DNA of 63,658 nucleotides, filler included, from Reticulomyxa filosa (Eukaryota; Protista; Foraminifera): assembly GCA_000512085.1 (NCBI GenBank). It is 18 parts of 18 records of this genome, joined end to end, with 100 filler letters (N's around TTAATTAATTAA, not from the genome) between each part and the next. Parts side by side here need not be neighbours in the genome. Positions count along the whole stretch, not along the records: positions 26,303 to 27,493 come from ASPP01002939.1; positions 27,594 to 31,480 come from ASPP01020846.1; positions 31,581 to 34,528 come from ASPP01019710.1; positions 34,629 to 36,149 come from ASPP01009698.1; positions 36,250 to 44,511 come from ASPP01010119.1; 13 more parts are not named here. The stretch is one strand, 5' to 3'. Position numbers and translations under genes: made by a program. Under the pieces are notes generated by a model, which ran no database searches, was not told the origin of the DNA, and saw only the letters and a program-made list of their open reading frames with translations. Positions 26,303 through 39,681 of this stretch are shown here, piece by piece (the stretch's first letter is position 1; each line of letters starts with the position of its first letter).

Positions 26303-27477
26303 TGGTCGATATTCGTTGAAACTACGATTATTCCTTGTTGTTTATTGTTAATCATTTCATTCATTATTTCGTGAGCTTTTTTATTTGCTTTAATCCACAA
26401 ATGATTTTGATCAATTTCAATATTTGCATTTGATAAATGGTTTCTATTGTAAAGGAAAACATGTCGATCACTAGTTGTAATGCATTGAATATTTTGTTCA
26501 GACAATGCTTTTTGTTTAACCATTTTTGAAACTAACATTAAGTTATCATTGAATAATTTTAATGATGTAATATTTTGTGACATAACATTACAAAAGCATT
26601 CAGTAAAATAACTTCCTTCAGAATCAAATCTTAATTTTTCAAGGATTGTTGAAGATATTATAAAAGTATCAGATGCATAATTATGCCATTGTTCATTTTT
26701 TACTATTTTTCTTTGTTGGGATTGTTTATTTCCTCGACACGCATTTTTAATAAATATTTTTGGTTTATTTAAAAATACATCTGTATCATTTGCAAATAAT
26801 TCTTGCACTTTTTTAAAAAGTTTATATTTGTCATTGTCCGATGTTATTAATGTATCTCCTTCTTCTGCTGTATTGCCATGGCCACACCATACAAATATTA
26901 ATGAATCATAATTATTGTCATTAATCAAATTAGAATAATGCTTATTTAAAAAAATATTTAATTCATTCAATGTTAATGATTCAGTTTCAGGTTTATTTGG
27001 ATCATAAGTACAATACACTTTATATCCATATTTTCCTTCAAATAAATTTCGAAACATCATTAGATCTACTTTCACTCCAGGCAAATAATCTAAACTGTTA
27101 TATCTTGCAGCTCCAGTTAACAACACTAATGGATTCATAATTTTGTGATATTCATCTTCACTTTCTTTTTTTTCATTCTCTGTTTTATTAATCAACTGTT
27201 ACTTTGATTTGAATTTTTTAAATAAATAAACAAAACTGTGAATGAAATGAATAAAAAAGAAAACAGATCGCGCTCTAAATGCAATTTCTAATTGTTGATC
27301 ATTGGTAATTTCTTGTCCGTTATTATCAATAATTTTAAAATGAGATGTAGGGTCTCTTGTTTTATTGTTTGTTTTGAGCAACTCCAATATTCTTTCTTCC
27401 AAACTTTTTAAGTTTATTGAAGCAAGTGTCACCTCATGCATTTTCTTTTCAAGACAAAGAAAAGTCTTGTAAGACAT
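26303..27477 (-). CDS. Caspase-like (peptidase C14) protein with N-terminal PB1-like domain, 3'-truncated
   Basis: Catalytic His in DSLIFVWCGHG and catalytic Cys in KPKIFIKNACRG (cf. caspase KPK.F..QACRG); GSYFTECFCNVM small-subunit-like motif. Confidence 0.88.
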
Positions 27478-29798
27478 TCTTTTGTTTAAGTAANNNNNNN
27501 NNNNNNNNNNNNNNNNNNNNNNNNNNNNNNNNNNNNNTTAATTAATTAANNNNNNNNNNNNNNNNNNNNNNNNNNNNNNNNNNNNNNNNNNNNTTTATTT
27601 ATGCTATTCGAAACAGAAAAGGAGTACCACAGTTTTCTTGCACTGCAAAAAGAAAAAAAATCAGAAAGCTACAGACAGCAAGGAGCAATAACGCGACATT
27701 AGTTTCATTGGAGGACTAGTTTTCATTGTAAAGGTCTTATTCAAACGTTCAAGTTTTAGATCTTTCTTAAAATAAACTTTTTTTAGTTAAAAACTTTTTT
27801 TCCCTGTTTGTCGTAAAAAGGATTGACAAGTTGTCTTAATAAAATGTGTTATTAAAAAGCAAGTTGTTTTGTTCAAATATGTTGATTAGGATTACAAATT
27901 TACAATTTCTCTATATGAAAGTTGTGCAGGATAGTAGTTACGCTTTTTCCTTTTTTTTGGCGAGGTTTGGAGTCTCAGGATTGTATACACGGTCACGCCA
28001 TTTCAATTGCGCTCATTGCGCGTTGCAATCGAAGCGACGCTATACTTCTGGAGGCCCATCCAAGTCAAAGCATCATCCAATGAGCATTACCGCAATGCCA
28101 ACAATATCACATCTGCCATTACTACATCAACATCACGCTGATCACAACAACATTAACAGCGAATATCAATATATACATACAAACTTGTGTAAACTTCAGT
28201 TAAGTTTGATATATCTTTCTTTCAATTATGAAAACAATAAACAATAAAAAGGGAAAGAGAAGTGGTGAAAAAACTTTGACAAAAAATGATAATAATGATA
28301 TATTTACATTCCAAATATATATTTAAAAAATGATAGTTGGAAGTATACTTTGTTGTTATGCATATATGTTATAAAATTTAGCACAATTATGACAACGCCG
28401 ACGACAACAAATATGTGTGTTGATGTCTGTATTGCAATGACCATAAATCGGGTAACGTTTTTTTTATTTGCTTTCAACATATAAATGATATTGTGTGTTT
28501 TTATAACATTGTAACAGATCAATAAAAAAAAATCGGTGTATAGCAATACTGTATACGAAAGGAGTCAAAAAGTTTTTATTGGTTTTTTTTAAATAATAAC
28601 ATGTTATGTGTAATATATTAATATACAGTACATACGTTATATTTGTTTCCAATCACTACAAAAAAAAATAAATTATAGTGTTGAATGCTAACACAAATAC
28701 GAAATGACGACTAATTGTATGTTATATATGTATATTTTCTTTTGTTAAATAAAGTGCTTGTGTGTGATAATAGTAATTCCACAGTCAAAATTTTATATTT
28801 TTTTTTCAGCACATAATAATATATAAATCAAAAAAAAAATGTTTGAGTGTTTGCACCATATGAAAAAAAATTAATGGATTCGAGTCATACATTATATATA
28901 TATTTTGTTGTTCTTTAAAAATATATATAATTTTGTTTGTGTGTACATAGATGCACAAAGGTAGTTCTTTTTTTAATCAATACTTTTCAACTTCGCTTTT
29001 CTTAAAAAAAATAAAATAATTAATAAAAATGATGAAAAAAAAGTGAATAATAAGACAAAAAATAGTGAAAAAAAAGAATAATAATGATACAAAAAAGTTA
29101 AAATAAAAAAAAGAAATTAAAAAATTTTTTTTTTGAAAAATGAAAGAAAATAAAAAGATAAATGAAAAAAAAGTATAAAAAAAGAATAAAATAAAAAAAT
29201 TAAGTATGAATGCGCACAAATTGAAAATTAAAAAAAGTTATACATTATTATCATTACTTTCGATAATATACTTATGTGTTCTACTTTTTTTTTGCAACAC
29301 TAAAAAAGCATTTTTTTTAAATATAGGAAGCAATGAAAGACGAACGTATATGTGGTCGTCATTGTGTGAAAACCTAAAAAGAAGAGAGCTGGTGCAGCAC
29401 AAGATATTGTTTATCGTCCGATATGCATTTGTGTAGTTGTTATTGAACAGATCCAGAAACAATACGTATGATTACATTGTATTTCATTTTAATTTGAAAA
29501 AACAAATTGAAAATAAAAACAAAAAGTTGTTATCAAAATAAAAATTTGTTTGTGATATAATTTATATTTTAATGAAAAAGTATATTCTTGTAAATATTAT
29601 CTACACATCATGTTGAATCTGAAGACGTCTTTATAAAAGCATGGTCTTTTTCTTTTTTGAAAATTTGATGCTTCGTTTAGCTTAATGTTCATCTTTTTAT
29701 TTTGTTTTTTCCATTAAGTCGGCAAAATAAATTTAAACAAAAGTCAAACATGCAAAAAAGAAAAGTCCAAACAAATGCACATGCAAGCGAGGTAAAGA

Positions 29799-30305
29799 TC
29801 AACTAGTTTCAATGAAACTGCTGGCCTTTGATCTGTCTAAAAATCCCGACATATCTTTTTTTTCAAAGTTGGCAGTTTGAAATATCTCTCTTCCATGTTG
29901 GTCAATATAATCAAGCCATTCTTGAAGTTTGTATTTCCTATCAGACGGTGATTTTGGCCGCAGCCCTTTCGCAATCAACTTTTCTCGACACCTTAGACTA
30001 TCCAAATACCCCTGTTCGAATTGTTTACTTATCATTTCTAAATTTGGGAATATGAACGTGTATATCCAACCTTTTGATATTTGCACATGTGTATATGTTA
30101 TATCACATTGACGATATAACAAAAAAAGAAAATCAACTCCATCTATTATCAGGATCATAAGGATCAGGGCAGATATCTGCATTGACAATACGACAGTCTG
30201 GAGTAATTCGAATAATTTTCTCTTCTGGAATGTTCTTTGGAATGCAAAAATTGTTTGACAAGCCACCATCTGCCACGTAATTACCCCGATATTTTCCTAT
30301 ATTCC
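29799..30305 (-). CDS. Patatin-like phospholipase (PNPLA-type), 3' exons; upstream part appears disrupted
   Basis: GKYRGNYVADGGLSNNF (catalytic DGG motif) and FP..QFEQGYLDSLR C-terminal motif. No intact GxSxG exon is readable at 30300-31280. Confidence 0.7.
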
Positions 30306-33300
30306 TTTATTAAAAAAAATGTGACAAAAAAAAAAAAAAAAAAAAAAACTAAAACGATATATCGACATCACGACTGGACGGATCGAAGAAATGGAAGACA
30401 AAGAAAAAAATAGGATGCGCGTTACAAAAAATAATCACATATGGTGTCAAAGTAAGCCATCTCACATGGGGTCATCTTTCGATGTTGTGATACTCAAGCC
30501 AAGATCATTATCAAATACGAATGGAAGAAGATTAGAAAAAGATTATTCAAGGCCATACCGTCGTTAGATTTGTTTTGTCTTTTTTTTTTTTTTTTTTTTT
30601 TAAAAAAGACAGTCTGTCAACTTCACTTTGGTTAGAAATGGTTCTTTGCATCCACAGTAGCGACTTTGCGCATCTTAACATGGACTAATTTCACATAGTA
30701 CGTCCCCTCAATAGAAGCTACTGGACGGTGTGTGATAACGTCAAGCGCAGTCCAATGATAATAGCGACGACAACGATAACGCAGTCCATGTCACTTCCAT
30801 CATTTGTCAATTACTTCAAGACATTGGACTGGTGTTGTGTGCGCCAATATTGGGTCCGCTGCTGTTGGTGTCGCGGAAGAGAGGTAATGTTGTTGCATCA
30901 TTTATTACAAAAAGCAACAAGCTGTGCCAATCGATAATGGATCGATTATTCAAAAGTCGCTCCGTTATTTGCCAAACAAAACAAAGCTTGGATATTTGCA
31001 ATGTATTAGTGGCGCTGGGCCCTGCTGAGTACAATATTGTATGTCAGCAGTTTAGCCCCCCCTCTCTATACTATCTCCTCTATCTAATCTCTCATCTCAA
31101 AGACGCCGTCGCTGTGGATATGGACGAATTGTTCGGTTACCAAAAGACCGAATCACTCGAGTTTAAAAAGTAGAATGGTCGGCCATTGACAAGACCGCTA
31201 CTCAAAAAAAAATGGTAGCTCTAGGGGAAGAACATTTCAGTGCTAATATCTTCTTTCAAGTCAGGTCAATTGCTCATACTTGATGAAGCATTATCATTTA
31301 AAGCAAAGTGCGCAATCCAACACAAGAACTCAAGATATTTGATTGGTAATTTGTGCGCCTGTCCTCTTTCCTGTTACCTGATGCTATAATTCGTGCTTGG
31401 GCCCCATTACTTGAAAGGTTTTTTTTTTTATCTGTACATATTTAATATAAAACATCTTTATAACGTATACTAATTATTTANNNNNNNNNNNNNNNNNNNN
31501 NNNNNNNNNNNNNNNNNNNNNNNNTTAATTAATTAANNNNNNNNNNNNNNNNNNNNNNNNNNNNNNNNNNNNNNNNNNNNATAGGCTATCTTTCCAACAA
31601 AAAATAAAATCTCAACTGGTCAATAAGCCCACTTACTATTTTCATTAAGTTTATATACGTTGTTGCATCCTCCGATGGAAGACTTGCTAATGGACACTCG
31701 TGGAATAGTTCGTTATCATGTTAAATCCTTCAAATAGTCCTGCATTTCAGATACATTGGATGAGTAGAAGTCTTTGCCCAATTCAAAAATTCGAAGATCT
31801 GCCTTTTCTGTTTCTGTTTGTAATAAACTTTTCATTGAGCACAGTATAGGCAGTGCACTTTTGTAAACATTACAACGGGTGCTGATACAATCACTTCGTC
31901 GACCAATGTTTTTGTGTTGAACTCGTAAAAAAATCACTAGTTCCAAATTTTGATGGGATCGTGTTTTTTCTGTGGATAAAGGAACATGGTCATCTCTTTT
32001 CTTCAACAATCTAAGAAATCGCAAATGGAGCTTTTAAAATAATAATCAAGTTTCTTTTTTTCAAAACTAGAGTTTTTTAAAATAAAAATCACGATGTTTA
32101 TCATTATTAATACTTTATAAAAAAGCTCAAGTTTTAGTCATTAAAAAATAATTCAAATTTTTTTTAGCAGCAAAGTCTTTTCCGAAAAGAAAGAGTGTGT
32201 TAATCAACAAAACTAAATGCTGCAATTATGAAAAAATACATCTTGTATTGAAAAAAAATAAAATTGCATAATTTCAACATAGAAAAAATTGTAAACCTGA
32301 AATTCTACACTTTTGCCCGATAATCCGGTTTCCTCCTGAAAAAAATTCTTTATAAAAAGGATATGAACAGAGAATGTATGAAAAAGGCTAACAAAGACTT
32401 GAGAAAGCCTAAGTTTTGGTGCCACTTCACGAGGCAAAAGTATGAATCAGAAATTAAATTTCGGTTTCCAGTAAACCCGAAGACAGTCCCTATTCAGTCA
32501 AAAGAATTGTGTTTTTTTTTGGCCGAAAAAGGAATCTTGAATACATTGCGGTCCTATTTATTGGCTGAAGAAGCTAAAGTTATTTTTTGTTGGTATTTTA
32601 CGTAAGCAAATGTGCATTTGCATATATTTTCCTTTCTGGAGACCAGCTCTTTGGCCTGGCTGCATGTGCTTTCTCGTTATTTTCATCAATTGTTTATTTC
32701 CAACCCTTTCGTGTACAAATCAATTTTGAACAAACACCACCATTTCTATTTCCATTATTATTATTATTAATTAATTAATTTATTTATTTTTATCAATACA
32801 ATCAAATGGTGCATGTACGCATGTGCAATGTGTTTGTGATAGACGTCAAATAAAAAGTTTGCATTGAAGGTAACAGAGACAACACCCGATAGAGAGAAAG
32901 AGGTCTTTGATGGAAATATTAAAGTTTTTGAGAAATCAACACATGTCAATGGAGAAATTTTCCTGGCATCGTCTGCAGAAATGGACGCTGTGCAAGGGTC
33001 GTCACTTGTGCGCGTATCCGACACGCGTAGTACAGACAAAGTCGCTGCCGATGTACCGATCACACTTTGATCCTAGTATCAACTAGCAATAAAGACACGT
33101 GGTGTCATTTTGGAAATGATATATATATATATATAAACAACAAAAACGACAACTACAAGTACTTGAAGCAGCTGATATCGATCCTCGACCCACAACAACG
33201 ACGTTATCCCAATAACGCTTTGGAGGGACGGTATGTTAGTTGGCAGAAACCAAGATTTTGTGGACTACACGCGTGTGTGTGTGTTGTCGTCGCAGCAGCT

Positions 33301-35103
33301 TCGAAGCTTATGGAGACGACGGATCACAGCCACTATCTGTACCAGGCCAAGTTCATCGTCCATGTCATCGCCGAGCTGAAACAAGAAAGCAGCAATGTAC
33401 TCCGAAAACGACCGTATCCAAACGGGTCCAATGTTTGGGGGCAATGACCAAAGCCAGTTGCCAGCATTACCATAAACATCACCAATAGCAATAGTAATGG
33501 GAATATGTTATGCGAATGCCATGCAATAACAGGCTTTGTAGTGTACTACGCATGGACAATCTTACCATTTTCTGCTCTTTTTTGGTGGCACTGAGATCAC
33601 GTCACAGCCAGTCACTTCACTTATAGTTACTTTGCCCCTTGCTGACACTTTTTTTTTTAATTTTGAATTAGCTTTGTCTTATATACATATTCCAAGTGAT
33701 TAATGATTTGTGTGTATCTTTTTACATTTTTGTACATTGTTCGAAACATGTTAACTTATTGTTGGTCTCATTTGTTCATCCTTTTTTTCTCAAATGTTTT
33801 TAAATCAGTTGGATCACATTGACGAACAGCTTGCATTTGGTTATCTTTTCACTTTTTTGTTATTTTTAAAAAGAAAAGAATTTTTCAAGTAATATTGCTC
33901 GTCGCAAAAGTTTAGTGAAATTGAAAAACTAATTCACAAACGAACTCTCCAAGGAAGAAACACTTGGAGATTAGATGTTTTGGACTGCAGAAACAGAAGA
34001 TTGCAAGAAAGGATTGATTTAACTTTATTTGGGTTGCTTATTTCAATCAACTGGTTCAGATATCTGATGAGAATAAAGAATGACGAGAAAATATATCAAA
34101 AAATAACTATATTGAAAAACATCAACAATTCGAGCAAGCACGTTCCAATCACACAATAAAACTAAAAAGAAAAAAAAAACAAATAACGATGAGTCAACGT
34201 GCTTTGTATTTCACTATGGAGTGAATTGGACGGACAACATTGCACAATTTTGGATATTGTGACAGTGTTGTTTTTCATTTCCGCGTTGTTTGTGCGTATT
34301 CCAAGTCCGTGGTGGTAAGTGGATTTGCTTTGCTTCGACTAATGCAGCAACAGCACACGTTTTGCAATGCATTGTATCATCATCGCCATCATTGAGACTC
34401 GATCGAAAGCGTCTTTGGCAGCATCCAAATGCAAGAGCGAAGAAGAAGAAGAAGAAAGAGGATATACATTGATACAACTGTGATCCCAAGATTAGACCAT
34501 GATATCAACGTCCATCTCAAGTGCCAATNNNNNNNNNNNNNNNNNNNNNNNNNNNNNNNNNNNNNNNNNNNNTTAATTAATTAANNNNNNNNNNNNNNNN
34601 NNNNNNNNNNNNNNNNNNNNNNNNNNNNTTTTTTTTTTTTTTTTTAAAGTGTTTGGTCTTTTTTTTTGTTCACACTGTCTTTTTCTTTGAATATAAAAAA
34701 TAGCTGCCGTTTGAAGCAGCACGAGCGCAACTAGCACAGAATTTTTAGCCTTTCATCTTGTGGATGATCAAAAGTAAAGATCGCTAATTCAGTGAACTGT
34801 ACTTGTTCTGTTACTTTTTTCCCCTAACTATTTTTCTGTTCGCTTTTCTTTTCCTTTTTTTTCAGCCTTTTTAATTTTTTTTTTTTTTCCAATATATAAG
34901 TGTGGATCACTTTATTTTGTAAAAGGTTTGATTGCTTCTTTGTTTCGATTGTACATTTGATTAGTTCAACATAAAAGAGGCAAAAGGATCTAATCTTTAT
35001 TACTAAATGTGTCCAAGGTTGGAACATTATACAGTACTATGACTTGATTTATAATCGTTTCATAATACTTTTTTGTATATTCAAAAAACATTCATTATTG
35101 GCC

Positions 35104-35620
35104 ATGTTTACCAAATTAGCTAGCAATATTCACCTCCCCACCTTCACAACGGGCGCAGGTCTCGTTACAGGCACACTCAGTGGCAAGGGAAGTCGCCCTA
35201 TTTCGGCAGGGGACATCCAGGAAGTTGAGACTGCATATCGGGTAGCAATCAACACAACACAAGTGTCGGTTGCACAAGCCACGAACAATAAGAACCCTGC
35301 GCAGAAAGAGGATATGTTGAAACAATAATCGACTCAGCCAAATGTTGTGGACGACTTGCCGCAACAGCAAGTGACAGCTGGTCATCATACATCACGTACT
35401 CAGCGTCTAACACCATACTAACAATTGCTGATGGACTAACGTAAGCACATAAACAACTACTGACGCCGCTACAATAGCAGTTGTCGTATTTGCAACGAAT
35501 ATCGCTAACTGTTCGGCTGTACAAACAGTAATATATAATGTCATATGACAGTGATAAAATATGCTGTTGTGATCGCATATGCGACTATGCTGATGTGATT
35601 ATAACAATCAATTAAATCAA
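35104..35620 (+). pseudogene. Probable decayed gene of unknown family
   Basis: MFTKLASNIHLPTFTTGAG.. runs for ~75 aa, then stops and frameshifts while coding-like composition continues. Confidence 0.35.
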
Positions 35621-36249
35621 AATACTCTCAAAGAGTACTTCAAGCATATGAAGATTTTTATATAAATTATTAAAATATTGATTCATGTACATGTATCTAT
35701 AGAAGACACTTTCCAAGTATTTGTAAATAAGTATTATAGGGCAAGTCCCTATTACACATGGCTGAACCCTTATGGAATTGATGATTTTATCAATTATCAG
35801 TTCCTTTAAACAATTTTAGTATCACTTATACGTGAATTTTGCACAATGTGCAATTATATCTATTTCTTACGACTAATTTCGCACTACTGCATGCAAATGG
35901 ACTGATGCTTTCAACCAAAAATTATGCATCACATTGAAGCATCATCTGGATATACAGTAGGTTGCAAAGAAAACTGAACGCCTAAAACATATCTTATGAT
36001 GATAATTGATTTTATCAATGAAAAATCAACATTTAGACCTAATTTTTTTTTAAAAAATATCTATAAGTCCTGTAGTTTTTAAATATGATATTGATTTTTT
36101 AATAAGTTTTTTTTTGTTGGATGAAATCAACATTCTTTCAAATGATTTTNNNNNNNNNNNNNNNNNNNNNNNNNNNNNNNNNNNNNNNNNNNNTTAATTA
36201 ATTAANNNNNNNNNNNNNNNNNNNNNNNNNNNNNNNNNNNNNNNNNNNN

Positions 36250-37100
36250 AAAAAAAAAAAAAAAAAAAAGTGGGTCGAATGCATTTTCAACATTCCAAGG
36301 AAATGAGAACACAAAGTATTCAACCACAACAAAACCAAGCGGAACTTTCGGAACACCTCCGAGTAATTATGTCTGCTACAAGTGCGGAATCGAAGGGCAC
36401 TACGTAAACAACTGTCCAAATGTCGTTGGCAAAGGCTCTCCGCCGGGCGATTACATTTGCCGCAAATGCAACATTCAAGGTTTTTCATTTGTCTTTTTTT
36501 TTTTTTTTTTTTTTTTTTTTTCCCAACAACAACAACAAAACAACAAGCAATACAAATACGAAGTACAAGCATATACATACATATATATAAATATATATAT
36601 TTTTTTTTTTGTATACATATGTGTATAAATATGAATTTGTATGTGTGTATCTATGTATATGACGATAACGATAACAATGTTACGAATACAAATATGAATG
36701 TACAAATTAAGGCCATTGGATTGAAGAATGTCCGTTGGGAAATCAACAAGATTACAGCAAACCACCGCCTTTGGGGTATTGTTGCCACCGCTGTGGTGTG
36801 CCTGGCCATTGGATAAAAAACTGTCCGACCAACACGAATTCTTGGGACGTGACCAGAGAAAGGGGGCGCTCCAAAGAAGAAAAATACTCATCCAATCATC
36901 GATACAACCAAAAAACTTCAAATCGCAATTCCATTGTAACCACTCGCAATGACGACTTTTCCAATTATGGAGATTTTCATAAACTTCCCGATTTCAATCG
37001 AGACGCCAATTGTATGTTGTTGTTTGTTTTTCTAGCCTCTCTTTTCTCTTTTCTAAATCATTCACATTTTTTGGTTGTGTTTGTTATGCCCACATAGACA
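36250..37100 (+). CDS. Triple CCHC zinc-knuckle protein (PPxxYxCxxCxxxGH[WY]xxxCP type), partial
   Basis: PPSNYVCYKCGIEGHYVNNCP; PPGDYICRKCNIQ|GHWIEECP (intron 36480-36711); PPLGYCCHRCGVPGHWIKNCP. Confidence 0.9.
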
Positions 37101-38338
37101 CTAAAAAAAAGCGCAATGTTAATGAAATTTTTTAATTCCAATTTGCCTTTTTTTTCCTCCAATTCAATCGAATCAATCAATGATCACATACGAACATAGC
37201 TTTTCACGGCAACTTTAACTTGGTTTGGGTTGATTTGATCTCTTTGTTTTGTTTGCTTTATTTCGTTTTTTTTGTTTGCTTTATTTGTTTTGTTTTGTTT
37301 TGCTTTATTTTTATTTGCTATGAACTGCACAAACAAATTTGGTTTTTTTTTCTTTTTTTTTTTTTGTTTTCCTTTCAGTTCTTGTTTATTTATTCTTTTT
37401 TTTCCCCATTTTATTTTAAAATGTGGTGCAAATTATCTTGATTTCACAATAACTTTGATGACGTTCTGGCATTGACAAAATTAAGTTGAATTTATTTTGA
37501 TTCAAAAACAAGAGAGATTTATCCTTTGCACTTTGTTGAAATGTGGTTTTGGTAATTTTTTGTCGGGATGTTTTTGTCTGGGAAACACTTTAAGGATAGT
37601 AGACAAACAAACGAATTATTTCCTATTGAAAGTATCATTTTACAAATTGAGTACATTTGCAAATGTACACAACCTCTGATGAAATTCCACTTGCTAAATT
37701 GATAAAGAAAATTTTTGACAGTCTAAAAAAGAAGTCAAACTGAGTAAAAAAGAGTGCAGAAACTTCGATAAACTGAAAGTTTCTGTAATAAACCAATCAC
37801 AGCGATAAGATTAACTGATTATTTCTGCTCTGATCCATTTTAACGTAAGCTCTTGAATAATAAAGGGTATTGCGGAACAATTCGCATGCTCAGAGAAAAT
37901 GACCAAAAAGTTTTTTTGGTTAACTATACAATACAGAAAAATGGTACAACAAGAATTGTCAAAAAAAAGCAAATTCTAACAATTGCCATCTTTTTCTTGA
38001 AATTATTTGTCATTAACTTTTTTTTGCTCTTTTAATGTTAAATGATATTATGATGGGCATCTGTCGTGTTATTTGTATTTTTTTCATAGGTAAAATACAT
38101 GAGGCATGAACAACGGACAACAATAAAAACAATTCTCATTGTTACAAAATCTGTTTTGACTCTTTTTGTACGTGAAAGGTGCAGACTACAAGTTTTTTTT
38201 AATTAAAAACGGTGGATTGCCTCAAATGATAGTAAGTTTTTTATTTTATTATTGAATTGTTGGTTATGTTTTTTTGAATAATTTGTCTTTCTGTTAACAA
38301 ATTTTGACAAGTGACGCTTATTCTTTTCTAAAATCTAG

Positions 38339-39599
38339 GAGCAGCTTCCTTTTAGACGTCACAGTTGTTCACCTTATAAAAGACAAAAAAATGAGCGCAG
38401 CCCTTCGCCATCAGTAGATGTATTTGAAGTACTTCCATCTTTACCTGAACCAATGAAATGCTGCCAATGTGTGCAATTTTATGATGAGATATTAATCTGT
38501 GGAAGTAACAAAAATGACAAATGCTATTCATATCACGTTGTATCCCAAACATATAAACCGATATGCAAGTACCCCGATGATGTGTCATTGTTGATCGGAC
38601 ATAATGTCGTTGCTTATAAAAGTAGCTCAAATAAGGAAATGATATTGCTATCCTTTGGTGGGCTGTTTAAACATACACTGATGATGAGATATAGAAGCGT
38701 TTGGGATGAAACAAATATAACTCCAAATCAATGGATGACTCTAAAAAATAAAGTGATAATTGGAGAATCAGTAACGGATGAAGAGGAAGATGAATACAAT
38801 TTGGAAGGTTGTCGAGGGATAATAAGTGGAATAAATCAAAATCTGTTGTTTGTGGTACACCCTCCAAACCGAATACTTGTTATTGAATTGGATTTCTTTG
38901 GTTATGCCACTACTATTGTGCACGATAGTATGCCTACGGATAGCACATGCATTGAATACCCTTGCTTTGTGCCATTGACAAAAAATGGCAAGCCATTGAC
39001 TAATCAATTTTTATGTGTTTGCAAAGATAAAAGTATTTTGATCTGCTATAACGAATATCTCCGGACATTTTGCTATGAGTTTTTGTCTGTTCCTTCTTTC
39101 ATTCAATATCATTTCGGCTATGCATTTGTGACGGTCAATGATCGTGTGATTCTATTTGGAGGGTACACCGAAAACGAAAACGAAGTCACTTTCATTCACA
39201 TTTATACAATATCCGAAAATCAATGGATACTGTGTGACTATAATTTGCCTCCAAGCATTTCCATGGCTTCTGCAATCTGGTGCAATGTCGATAACAGCAT
39301 TCATATCATCGGAGGGCCTTTGTTAAATGATATCAGAATGCTGTCAGCCCATCTCAAAATTGATGCAAGAGAACTGATAGGAGTTGAGAAAGGAAAAAAC
39401 AAAGCAAGAAAATAATAATAGGAATAGCAAAGCGAAATAAAATACGAAACAACATTTTTATTTGTTTTATGTTGTTTTTTTGTAGTGGAAAGAAACGGAG
39501 GCTAATTCAATTGTCAATTATTGGGTCCAAGTTAGTGAATTAACATGGCGAGGATGGATCAAAGAATTTAATCGGATCATTTTCAATTTTTTGAAATAA
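38339..39599 (+). CDS. Kelch-repeat beta-propeller protein with terminal 'GWI' module exon
   Basis: FEVLPSLPEP..EILICG, LLSFGG, VILFGG..IHIYTISENQW, IHIIGG. Intron 39383-39485, then last exon WKETEANSIVNYW..GWIKEFNRIIFNFLK*. The start exon lies upstream and is uncertain. Confidence 0.85.
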
Positions 39600-39681
39600 T
39601 GTGAATAATTTTAAAAAATTATTTTATGCATTTTTTTTTTTTTTGTGTCTTTGTATGTATGCTCTTATAATAAAAAAAAAA

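Noticed and set aside
28970-29240. Strongly A-biased tract
   Set aside because: Low-complexity sequence with no periodic unit or credible coding frame.
31716-33488. Short ORFs at 31716-32024, 32864-33070 and 33067-33447
   Set aside because: Coding-like but fragmentary with no recognisable motif; a call cannot be supported.
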